A stretch of DNA of 64,000 nucleotides. Origin: an uncultured delta proteobacterium. Its GTDB lineage: Bacteria; Desulfobacterota; BSN033; UBA1163. This document shows, in pieces, positions 1-9,744 of the stretch. The stretch covers positions 1-64,000 of the forward strand of contig CAVPSJ010000008.1 in the NCBI GenBank assembly GCA_963708295.1, given 5' to 3'. The notes under the pieces were generated by a model that did no database searches, was not told where the DNA came from, and was given only the letters and a program-made list of their open reading frames with translations. How positions within the stretch are numbered: position 1 is the first letter of the stretch; every line of letters starts with the position of its first letter. The translations under genes were made by a program, and so were the position numbers.

Positions 1-1073
1 TCCTTGATTCGCTCAATCACCTTCATATAGTCATCGAATTCAATTCCATCCACGGAGTGATCCGGCTTACAGGTGATACCATCAATCGCTGGGCCGTGGC
101 GGACGATATCCTCGAGGACGGTCCCTTCTTGTTCAGCGGTCACTTTTTCGAGAACGTCCAATCTCCCTTTGGCCAACGCCACTCCTGCGAGCAGGGCATA
201 ACCTCCCCAATTTGAAATCCCGCAGGAGATGAGGGTGTCGGTTCTCACGCGAGAACAAAAAACCGGTTCCCGATGGGTGGAAGAATTTTGTTTAAACACC
301 TCCCACGGAATTTTCCCCGCTCCGATTTCATTTCCCCGGTCTCCGATACCGGTACTTTCAACGGGAAGGGTCAACCTCCGGGCAAGGTCGAGAAGAAAAT
401 GCGTCTTGGCTGTAAACCGGGTGATGTCCTCCAGGCGAGAGTTGAAACAGCGGTTTCTTATGGGAGGAGGAAGGATCGTCTCAAATTCCTTTAAGGGAGG
501 CTTGCCCCGGCGTTCCTGAGCGACGAAGGACTCGAGGGTGTGATTGGGCCCCACCCTTTCGATATAGATAAGATGGGTCAGGCGTTGACCCGGCAGGCTG
601 TTGAAAAAGTCTTGAGCGAATCGGACCGAAATGGAGCTCTGATTCTCTTCATTCATCATCCGGCTCGCATGATCCCGGTCTGAATGCTCCAGTGGGAAAC
701 AAATGATCGGGACCTCTTTTTCCGGGAGATCGAGAACCCTTAATCCCGCCTTCAATGCCGAAAGGGAAAATTCATCCGAGAGAAGGGAGACTTCCACCCC
801 CAGATGTCTCAGCCCCTTTGCCAGGGCAAGGGCTCCCGGAGGGCCGTCCGTTTCCGTAGCCGGCGGGTCTCCCACCGGAACGTAGAACCCGGTGATGATG
901 ACAACCTTTCTACCTCTTTGGGCCAGAGAGGAAACCGCCCCTGCTAAGTCTGAGTAGGGGACCATGGGGAGATTTTCCCAGTGGTAATTCCTGTGAGAGA
1001 GTAAGGAAGTGGGAAAGTTAATGACCTCTTCAATGAGGAGAATCTTTTCACGAATCGTCTCTGATAGGGGCAT
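1..1073 (-). CDS. DUF4392 / D-glutamate cyclase-like protein (runs off the left edge)
   Basis: Manual translation from ATG 1073 (MPLSETIREK...) gives IITGFYVP..ETDGPPGA, GIGDRGNEIGAG, ISCGISNWGGYAL and DGI..SVDG, motifs typical of this family. Not in the ORF track because its stop lies outside the window. Confidence 0.8.
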   Translation of the reverse strand, partial: MPLSETIREKILLIEEVINFPTSLLSHRNYHWENLPMVPYSDLAGAVSSLAQRGRKVVIITGFYVPVGDPPATETDGPPGALALAKGLRHLGVEVSLLSDEFSLSALKAGLRVLDLPEKEVPIICFPLEHSDRDHASRMMNEENQSSISVRFAQDFFNSLPGQRLTHLIYIERVGPNHTLESFVAQERRGKPPLKEFETILPPPIRNRCFNSRLEDITRFTAKTHFLLDLARRLTLPVESTGIGDRGNEIGAGKIPWEVFKQNSSTHREPVFCSRVRTDTLISCGISNWGGYALLAGVALAKGRLDVLEKVTAEQEGTVLEDIVRHGPAIDGITCKPDHSVDGIEFDDYMKVIERIK

Positions 1074-1190
1074 AAAGTGGTTTTCTTCAAATTTCTTCGG
1101 ATGAATTTTCTTACATCATTATAAACAATTTTTCCAGTGGCTGATAGAAATGCGCCATTATTTGTATTATAAAGAGCACGAGGAGGTTCT

Positions 1191-2210
1191 ATGGAGAAAG
1201 TCAGGCTCGGAAGGACAAATCTTTTAGTGACAAAACTGGGATGGGGTGGAATTCCGATACAGCGGGTCGGAGAACGCGAAGCCGTTTCCGTCATCCGGGC
1301 CGTGATTGAAATGGGAGTGGACCTCTTGGATACGGCCCGTGCTTATACGAACAGCGAGCACCGAGTGGGATTGGCGCTCCAGCGAATAAAGAGGCCCGTC
1401 ATTCTTTCATCGAAATCTACGGTAAGATCGGCGAAAATCCATAATGATGTCCTTGAGAGCCTCAAACAGGTCAAGGTAAAAAAAATCAACATTTACCATC
1501 TGCACGGTGTTTCCAGCTTCGAAGAATATGAGACGGTTATGGCGCCCGGAGGGGCCTACGAAGGGTTGGCGCGCGCTCAGGACGAAGGGTTGATCGATTA
1601 TATCGGTCTCACCAGTCACAGCCTGCCTGTATTGGAGAAAGTGGTAGCCGACGGGCGTTTTGACGTCATCATGGCCTGCTATAGCTTCTTAGAGCCTGAC
1701 GCGCTCCAGAAAGTCTTCCCCCTGGCGAAGGAAAAAGACATCGGTATTCTGACGATGAAGCCATTCTCGGGCGGAGTGATTGAAGAGGCCGGCCCCGCCT
1801 TGAGGTTTGTCCTTTCGACGACAAACATTGTTCCTATTCCGGGGGCGGAGACTCTGGAAAAGGCCCGTGAGAATTGGAAGATCTTTACGGAAGGTTATTC
1901 TCTGACGGAAAAAGATAAAGAGCGGATTGAAGCGATCAAAAAGGAATTCGATCAGCAGTTCTGTCGGCGCTGCGACTACTGCCAGCCCTGCACGGAAAAG
2001 ATCAAAATTCAGTTCGCTGTCGGGCTGAAGAGCATCCTGAAGCGATTCGGCTCGAATGTTCAGGAGTCGAAATGGGTGACGGATCTGATAGAGAAGGCCC
2101 GAAATTGCTCGGAGTGCGGAGAATGTCTGCCGCGTTGTCCCTACCACTTGCCCATCCCCGACCTGATTAAAGAGAATCTGGCCTGGTTTGACGGCCAGAA
2201 AAATCAGTAA
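1191..2210 (+). CDS. Aldo/keto reductase with C-terminal 4Fe-4S dicluster
   Basis: LG-x-GGIPI, DTARAY, MKPFSGG, then CRRCDYCQPC and CSECGECLPRCP; GGAGG RBS. Confidence 0.9.
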   Translation: MEKVRLGRTNLLVTKLGWGGIPIQRVGEREAVSVIRAVIEMGVDLLDTARAYTNSEHRVGLALQRIKRPVILSSKSTVRSAKIHNDVLESLKQVKVKKINIYHLHGVSSFEEYETVMAPGGAYEGLARAQDEGLIDYIGLTSHSLPVLEKVVADGRFDVIMACYSFLEPDALQKVFPLAKEKDIGILTMKPFSGGVIEEAGPALRFVLSTTNIVPIPGAETLEKARENWKIFTEGYSLTEKDKERIEAIKKEFDQQFCRRCDYCQPCTEKIKIQFAVGLKSILKRFGSNVQESKWVTDLIEKARNCSECGECLPRCPYHLPIPDLIKENLAWFDGQKNQ

Positions 2211-2637
2211 GAGCACCAGATTTTGTTTAATGATATCTTCCCAATCTCCAGTTTGAGCCCACACGCAAAATTCAACAAAAAAGCAACAAAAAAGCATTTG
2301 ACTTCTCAGAGCGCTTTTGATAAATTCGATTCTGTTCTTACGGTGGGTTTGGTACCGAACTCCTTCAGGAAATTCGAAACACAATAAAGATTTAGCCTCG
2401 AACAGTTATTCCTACTACAGTTCAGTCTTTTGGAGGGAAAAATGAAAAGGTTCTTCCAAAAGATCCCCTGGCAAAAGCTCTAAGGGTTTTTCTCTTCCCT
2501 TAGAGCCTTCCTCAAATTCCTCTTTCAAAAATCGAGGGGCATCTGAATTGGTTAAGGTTTTTTTTCATTCTTTCTGAATCAGAAGCGGCTCCCGGGTAAA
2601 GATGGCAAGCCCCACGAAGTGCCAAGAGGAGGTATCA

Positions 2638-3288
2638 ATGGTGGAGGAACTGAATCCCAGACTCCTTGAGTTTTTTGCGCGCAATTATAAACCTGGGATC
2701 ATCGGCATGGTCGGAACGAAGGGGATGATCGGGATGGCTATCCGGGAGGCGCAGAGTGCTGTGACAGTGGATGAGAAACCTTCGCTCTGGTCCCATTGCT
2801 TCATATTTGGGGATTTAAGGCTCGACCGAAGAGGCCCGGAGGGTGAGAAGAGTAAAAGCCCCTACCTCTTCGAATCTGACCTTAAAATCAATCTCCTTAA
2901 ATCCCAGATCCGGAACGGTGCCCAGGAGAACTGGATTGGCAAATGGTGCAGGGAGGAAGTGGAAAACGCTGCGGTGATCGACTTCGGACTTTCCAGCGAT
3001 CAGAAAGAGGATATCCTTGCAACGGCATTACAGCTCGTGGATGAGCAGGTACTGTATCCGATTCATGAGCTTCTCGGAACATGGTGGGCCATCATCATGA
3101 AGAAACGGTGGCTTCCTAATCCCGTGGATGATCCCCACGCCATGTACTGTAGCGCCTTCGTGAGATTCTGTTATAGGGAAGCAAAAAAAGATTTCATGGG
3201 TACTGAGGTCGGTGTTTCGAACACGACTCCAGAAGACATCTCCCAGGCAGGCATTAAGGCAGATGGAATAAAATTTTACAGCCCATAA
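2638..3288 (+). CDS. Permuted papain-like (YiiX/YaeF, NlpC/P60-permuted) enzyme
   Basis: WSHC (His) precedes YCSAFV (Cys) and TPEDI; GAGGAGG RBS before ATG 2638. Confidence 0.65.
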   Translation: MVEELNPRLLEFFARNYKPGIIGMVGTKGMIGMAIREAQSAVTVDEKPSLWSHCFIFGDLRLDRRGPEGEKSKSPYLFESDLKINLLKSQIRNGAQENWIGKWCREEVENAAVIDFGLSSDQKEDILATALQLVDEQVLYPIHELLGTWWAIIMKKRWLPNPVDDPHAMYCSAFVRFCYREAKKDFMGTEVGVSNTTPEDISQAGIKADGIKFYSP

Positions 3289-3777
3289 ATGACTTGCGGA
3301 CAGGAATATCTAAGACGACTGGAAAAAAAGTTAGAGGAAAGGAAACTCTTTACGAAACGAGTGGATCGCAATTTACTGTTGATGCTTATCCTCGTTGGCT
3401 TTATCACTTACGCGATTGTTTGGATATGGGGAATGATCGATGCCTATAAAGTGGTTGAAAAAAATTAATCGCTCTGTTAAGTAATCGTTATTTAATACGG
3501 CTGTGACACTGGTTCGCAAAACCCTTCCCCCGGAAAGTTCGCTGGATCATGACCTCCAGGTTGATAAAAACTATCGGGATCAAGCTGAGAATTTACGACG
3601 AGGCCTTTCCGGCCTTTGGAGTCTACGCACCCCCTGAGTTTGACAAGAGTCATTTTTAGGCGGGAGGAAGTGAGTGTCGACGATTGAGGTCAGACCTCTG
3701 GAGGGCACCCGCCAAGAAGATGAGAGTGAAGTTAAGGATTCTTCCCCCATTCGTGCCACCCATTGCTTTGTGAGCTA

Positions 3778-3883
3778 AAGTGACAATTCTTGTCACTTGT
3801 TTGCATATCTGTCCGCTTTAAACTCTCCCCAATTTTCAAAAAAGCCTGTAATTTTAACCGATTAGATTTGGCATCAGATTTGC
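3778..3883 (+). promoter_or_regulatory. Sigma-54 promoter with upstream palindromic activator site and IHF-like site (copy 1)
   Basis: Perfect inverted repeat AAGTGACAA-ttc-TTGTCACTT (3778-3798); TTTTAA-ccga-TTA; TTGGCA-tcagat-TTGC (GG-N10-GC, 3868-3883). Confidence 0.75.
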
Positions 3884-3896
3884 CTCCTAAAGGACC

Positions 3897-4043
3897 ATGA
3901 AACTCCTGGATGATAATCTATTTGCAGACGTTCCAGAAGAAGCCAGGGTCCCGGGTGAATTGGGTGAGGAGGATAAAGATTTCCTCAGGATGTTGGAAAA
4001 AATGGTGGAAGAAGTAGAAGACAAAGCCGACAAGCCCAATTGA
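3897..4043 (+). CDS. 48-aa acidic small protein (paralog of 13027-13152)
   Basis: MKLLDDNLFADVPEEARVPGELGEEDKDFLRMLEKMVEEVEDKADKPN. Below the ORF-track cutoff; supported by its paralog and the shared promoter. Confidence 0.7.
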   Translation: MKLLDDNLFADVPEEARVPGELGEEDKDFLRMLEKMVEEVEDKADKPN

Positions 4044-4169
4044 GGATGCCCCGAGGAAAGAATTCTTTGGCCTACCGCGAACGACGAAAGTTCCCCGAAT
4101 TTCTTGGCTAGGGTACGGTTACGAAGCCCGTTTGGGCAATATGACTAAAATGACAAAGGAGGAGAGAAG

Positions 4170-4860
4170 ATGAAAATGAAGCGAGTCTTATACTATCTCA
4201 TGGTTACAGGCATGGTCACCGCATTGGTGATCACAGGCGCAATTGCCGAAGACAATCCCTCTTCGACATCTGACAATAGTGTTCCTGCTACGACACCGAG
4301 TCAGGCTACCTCTACATCCTTCACAACTTTCAAGAACTACCCTGATAATACTTTTCATCTTAAGGTTAAAGAATATATCAACGGAATGAAGAAGGGCGGC
4401 CACAACCTTCTCATCTGGAAGGATCCGGCATTTAACCTATCTCAATATAGCTCAGTGAAGGTAGTGGAATTTGGCGGCCGATTGTTGCCGCAGCAGAATG
4501 TCTTTTTCCTACGATCCCTATATTGCGCTCTTCAATTCAGTCTTTCGGAGCTCTGTTAGACTGCCTCAGAAAGATTCCCCTGATTCCCTGCTGATTGAGG
4601 GAGCCGTGGTTGAATGCAACCCCGGGAGCCGCGCCGCCCGTGCCTGGGTGGGATTCGGGGCAGGTCGAGCGGGTGGTGCCGTCGTCTGTGAGATTTATGA
4701 GCCAGGCAAAGCGAGCCCAAGCATACGTATCTATACCAGGGATACGACTGCTGCTTCCGGAAACTGGGGCGGCGATTCTTCCGCTATGCTCAACAATATC
4801 CTGAGCCAGGTTGCCACGCGTCTGGCCACAACCCTGAACACCACCGTTGCTATGAAATAA
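4170..4860 (+). CDS. Exported DUF4410-like protein (one frameshift near 4505)
   Basis: Signal peptide in 4170-4559; GSRAARAWVGFGAG motif in the overlapping frame 4471-4860; AGGAGG RBS. Confidence 0.65.
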
Positions 4861-5223
4861 CAGGGCCTCAACTTCTGCGTATGCTCACGGGGGATGCAGT
4901 ACGATCCCCCGTAGCAATGTGACAAGTCAGATCTCATCTTCCCAGATTCAACCAAATTGGAACTTACGACCCGCTCTATGCTTCGGTATGCGCGTACCAA
5001 AGCATTTTCTAATCCCACCCTTGCTTTAATTGCGGACAGGGGCCGGGGAAACTTCGAATGGTTCTATAACTCACTGACCATCCCGCAGCGTCATCGTTAT
5101 CTTAGCGGGTCATCATTTTTAGATAACTGACAAAAATGATCATGCGACACGGGAGTGGTCACTTTTCTGTCCAGGTTAAGTTGTTTTCTTTAGAACCCGG
5201 ACTTAACCAAAGTAATCCATTGT

Positions 5224-5279
5224 TTTCAAAAGGTTAGAGAGTTTCTTAAAGGGATTTGTGATTGGGCAAGGAATTTGCT
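5224..5279 (+). promoter_or_regulatory. Sigma-54-type promoter with IHF-like site
   Basis: TTTCAA-aagg-TTA at 5224; TGGGCAAGGAATTTGCT (GG-N10-GC) at about 5263-5279, upstream of ATG 5335. Confidence 0.55.
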
Positions 5280-5334
5280 TATTAAATGACTTTGCCCATG
5301 ATGTTAATCGAGTTGTTGGAAAGGAGAAAAGGGG

Positions 5335-7696
5335 ATGGTTGATTATACGCTCCGAACAGATTCTCTAAATTTGCCTGTCAATAAAAAGATATGTTTTTCA
5401 AATCATGAAAATCAATTTAAAGAAAAGATCATAAAGGATCAGACAAAGATTCTGAAGAAATTCTCCTCCTTCCTGAAGCCGCTATTAGAACCAGGTGAAG
5501 AAATCTGGCTTGGGGTAGAGGCAACTTCTCCGATGTCATTTCTCGAACAATGGACCACAGGCTGGGTTATTTACTATTTGAAACGATGTGTTCTCATTTT
5601 TACGAACAAGAGGATCTTGCACTTCCCGACGAAACATGATTTCACGCCCAAACACTCGGTTTCCCAAATTCGATACGGGGATATCGAAGAATTCAAACTG
5701 AGTGGGTTTTTGGGTCGGGTACTGAAGATAGAATATAAAAGCGGGAAGAAGGAAAAATTCTACTACATCAAATCAAGGGAATTCAAAAAACTCAGAACGT
5801 TAGAGCAGCTATTTATTAAAAACCAGCCCTCCAATATAGGGGAAAGACATTTCTTGTGTCCAAGGTGCGTGACTCCGCTTGTAAAGGATATATTTTCCTG
5901 CCCGAATTGTCATCTTGAATTCAAGAATATGAGAGACGCAATTAGGCTGTCATTGTTGTTTCCGGGCGGCGGCTACTTTTATACAAAGCACCCGCGTCAG
6001 GAAGCGTGGACGCTCTTACAGAAGGATTTCTCTTAATACTACTTTTGGCCAACGTGGTCGGAGCATTAAGACATATTGAATTATGGGATCAAGTCCTCTT
6101 TGTCGCGGTTCCGTTGCTGTTTATAGAGAAATTGACAACCATCAACCATGCGAAGCACTATGTCGGGGAATACATCCCCGTCGATAAGACGTTCGGCGTG
6201 GTTTCCCCAAATCCGGTCGCCGAACCTTTTCCGCCGTATCAGAAGTCCCCAAACAAAGCGAAGACAAGCTGGCCTAAACTTGTATTTGCTATCGTGTTTT
6301 TGATTCTTTGGATTGTCATTTCTCGGCAGGGAGCTGTATCTTTATCTGATCGCTCCTAGAATTCGAAACTCAGCCCAGAGCACTCAGAGAGAAATGCCCC
6401 TATCCCCTAAGCATCAACGGGCACTGGCCGCTTTGATTGAATCAAGATATACGCGCATGGACGATTACGAAAAATGGATCCCGGTGCTTTACCAGCAGAA
6501 GGATTTTCAGGCCATTGAGAGCCGTTTGATCGATCTTTCGAAAGACAGAAGCAATGAAGCAGAAGCCTATCAGCTATATACGCTCTACAGAACGCTTGGC
6601 GACGTGAGGTCAGATGAGAGATATCGAGCTTAAGGAGAACATTTTGGACGAGTGGTGCAGCAAGCAGCCTGAATCCCACATTCCATGGCTCCTGAGAGGA
6701 ATCTTCTATACGGGTTATGCGTGGCAGATCAGGGGAGGGGGTTGGGCCAAGGATGTGCCTAAGGATGCATGGGCCAAATTCGAGGCGATGCTTCATCGTG
6801 CTCGGGCAGACTTAGAAAAATCGTACCGGCTCAATCCAAAGGACCCAAACTCATCGTGCCAGTTGCTGATTGTGGCAAAAGGCCTGGGTCTTTCCAGAGA
6901 TGAAATGGAAAAATACTTCCAAAATGCGATATCTGCATCTCCCTTCCATTACGGTTCACATTACCAGAAACTCAACTACCTGATGCCGAAATGGCATGGG
7001 ACCCAGGAGGAAATGAATGATTTTGCAATGGAATGCATGAAGTCCAGCAATGAGCATCCCTACCTCGGACTCGTCACCGTTGCCGCCTTAGAGGAGTCTC
7101 ATTACCGGTCTCCTGAAAATAGATAAACTACCTGGGTAGAGATGATGTTTGGCCAACCGTGGAAAAGATATATGAAAATTATTTTATCAAATATCCTGAG
7201 GATATTAGGAGACGGTTTTTTTACGCCTACGACGCCTGTCTTGCCCGGAAATATGACGTGGCCATTAAGCAATTTGAAATCATCGGTGACCGCTGGATGG
7301 AAGGCACCTCGTGGGATTCTCTTAACGATTATCATCGCAGCCGCGCTTACGCATATGCTGCCTATGCGATGCGCCTTCCCCCGGAGCAAGCCATGGTCAG
7401 TCCTAAAGAAAGCGATTGATCTTGACCCATTCCAAAGAGCTTCTTATTTCAAACTCGGGACGACCGCTGCAAAACTGGGCCGGTATGATGAAGCAGAAGC
7501 TGCGTATTTTAAAGTATTAGAAATAGACCCGAACTGTGCAGAGGCTCATCTGCTCCTTTGTCAGATTTATGAAAAGACCAATAATCCTGCTCAGGCTAAA
7601 TACCATGCAGAAAAAGCACTCCAGTGTAACCCGACCGAACAACAGAAAAGAACAGCAAAAAACTATATCGACGTTTCCAATAAGGGGTTGAAGTAA
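5335..7696 (+). CDS. Multi-domain membrane protein: PH-like, Zn-ribbon, TM helices, DUF4034-like and TPR (frameshifted; could be two genes)
   Basis: Chain of overlapping ORFs 5335-6036, 6006-6359, 6313-6633, 6614-7126, 7159-7419, 7142-7696; CPRC...CPNC; AWQIRGGGWA and YLMPKWHG; C-terminal TPRs (AIDLDP, LEIDPNCAEAH). Confidence 0.6.
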
Positions 7697-7821
7697 ATAC
7701 CAAAGGAATGGCGGGGGATGGCTATATTTCCGTTCCCCTCAAGAAATATTTTGGTTTGCAGACACTGATACTGACAAGCTATTTTAGGAGGCCCTATAAA
7801 ATATGGAAAGAGAGGTCCAAG

Positions 7822-8202
7822 ATGGACTCAGTCCGATGGAGTAGTTTGTTCGTAATTTTTATCCTTTTAATATCGGCATCAGCTCATTCAGCAGAAGTAT
7901 CGAAGGAGGTGTGGGTGGATAGCATGTCCACTGCTCTCCCAACGCTTTTTTGCCAGGCGAATCAGTACTTTCGTCAATGTTTTGACGTGTCGCAAGTCGA
8001 ATGCGAAGATACGGCAATGTCTGCGACCAGGGTCTGCCTCCAAAAATATAAGGACCAGATTCCAAACACTCTCGTACAGCCGAAGGATGGGACTTACTGG
8101 GGGAGAATCGTCGGCAAGTGTGCGGGTGAAGCATACGAGATAACTTTACGGAAGAAGCGGATCAGCAATCAGAAATGTAATGATCCAAACAATTGGAAGT
8201 AA
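7822..8202 (+). CDS. Small exported cysteine-rich protein
   Basis: Signal peptide ending AHS-A; six Cys in the mature part; GAGG RBS. Confidence 0.7.
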   Translation: MDSVRWSSLFVIFILLISASAHSAEVSKEVWVDSMSTALPTLFCQANQYFRQCFDVSQVECEDTAMSATRVCLQKYKDQIPNTLVQPKDGTYWGRIVGKCAGEAYEITLRKKRISNQKCNDPNNWK

Positions 8203-8525
8203 GAAATTTGGGACGGTTTGAAATTGTGTTTTGAGGGAAAGACGTGCCTGCCGCTGAAACTTGGTAGAAGGCTTCATCGAAGCGTAGCGCGGAAAGTAGA
8301 TCAGGCCTCCAAGGTTGGCGGAATGATTCATGGCGGCTTCGTTACTTCAAGAAGATTAGGGTTTATAGACACTGACACCGACACAGACACGCTTTTATTG
8401 TGCCCCACAATTTCTCCTTGACAAAACAAAATATCGTGGTAGCCTTTCGAATTAATAGAGTCCCAACCCTTCAAATTTAGACCATAACAATTCGAAGCAG
8501 TTTCTTGCTTTAGGAGGAGGTGTCT

Positions 8526-8801
8526 ATGTCGAACGGACAGGAGATTAAGGTCAATTTCCCTCCTGATCTTCAAGGGGGCGTTTATTCAAACAATATGGTC
8601 GTGGCCCACACAAAAGAGGAGTTTATTCTCGATTTCATAATGGTCGCGCCGCCCGCAGGCGCGGTTACGGCAAGGGTCATCGTCAGCCCGGGCCATATGA
8701 AAAGAATTCTTGTTGCCTTGCAAGACAACATTTCGAAGTATGAAAATACCCTTGGCACCATCGAAATCGCCGAAGAACCCAGAGGGAAAATATTATCGTG
8801 A
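8526..8801 (+). CDS. DUF3467 family protein
   Basis: GVYSN..VAHTKEEFILDF...ARVIVSPGHMKR; AGGAGG RBS. Confidence 0.85.
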   Translation: MSNGQEIKVNFPPDLQGGVYSNNMVVAHTKEEFILDFIMVAPPAGAVTARVIVSPGHMKRILVALQDNISKYENTLGTIEIAEEPRGKILS

Positions 8802-8842
8802 AGTTGGAGTCAATTATTGAAAAAGGGGCCGATTTAATTTTT

Positions 8843-9187
8843 CTAACGAATAGGGCGGATCTGCGGCCACTTTTTTACTCTTAAAATGAAATCTGCCACT
8901 TCGTCCTGTCGGAGTACAGTGCGCCGATAGTCCCAACTGTCCATAGGGATTGATTCAGCGGCCAAACTTTTTGATGACCCGTCCGACATAATCTCGATCT
9001 TGAGTTCCGAGTCGTCGTTGAACTTGAAGTTTAGCTCAGTTCTTTCACTCTTTGGTTTGTGGGTATTAGGAATTGCCTTTTCTTGGTGTTTCCCGCTATA
9101 TTCATGAGCGAGATGACCAATCTTACCGTCGTTGAGCACATACTCGATGGCATCGACGAAGCAAAAAAGGGTGGCCCACGACTTCAT
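8843..9187 (-). pseudogene. C-terminal fragment of a hypothetical gene
   Basis: Protein-like ORF with no convincing start or RBS; overlaps the opposite-strand fragment at 9132. Confidence 0.35.
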
Positions 9188-9497
9188 GGAGCGCTTAATC
9201 GCGGATGGTAAGAAGTGCTTTCAGAAGAAGGTGGGCGGTGACTACGTGGCTCACTCGGAGGCGATCACCGCCCTCGACAAAGCAGATCGCCTACTTCTCT
9301 CATGGGCTAACCGCGGGTCCCACACGTTCGATGTCGTCCGCTCGGAAGCAGCTAAGCTGATTGATGCTTGCGAAGAGGCTCTCGAATGTTTCAGATGCTC
9401 AATATGCAGTAAAAATATCTGGTTCGCCGATGCGGGAGGTTCTGAATGGGTGCAATGCCAATGTGGCGAGATACGTTGGCGATACGGCAAAGCGTAA
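9132..9497 (+). pseudogene. C-terminal fragment of a large AAA/SMC-like protein ending in a Zn-ribbon
   Basis: WANRGSH motif then CSIC...CQCG; no N-terminus or RBS. Confidence 0.45.
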
Positions 9498-9610
9498 CGG
9501 AAGTGAAGGGTAGAACAGAATCGGCATGAAATTGAAATAAACACCCTTAGACTGTTTGATCCTGGGAGTAAGCAGAGGAGTTTAACGGCGGATGTGGATG
9601 CAAGGAGATC

Positions 9611-9680
9611 ATAAAATGACGGAATCAAAATACGGGAAATATATTGTGACGGAGCTGGCCCAGAGGTTCGACCCTGAATT
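9611..9680 (+). repeat. 70-bp diverged copy of the 5' end of the cupin gene at 11255-11324
   Basis: 65 of 70 positions identical by eye; encodes MTESKYGKYIVTELAQRFDPEF versus MTKSKYGKYIVTELAQRFDPEF. Confidence 0.9.
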
Positions 9681-9744
9681 CTCTACCATGCACGCACGAA
9701 TTCATACTTGACAAATAGACGTCCAAATGGTAAATAAGATTCCA

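Noticed and set aside
1689-2384. Long antisense ORFs here and at 16812-17576, 21204-22082, 24072-24872, 27330-28328, 57356-57976
   Set aside because: They are shadow frames opposite well-supported genes and have no motifs or RBS.
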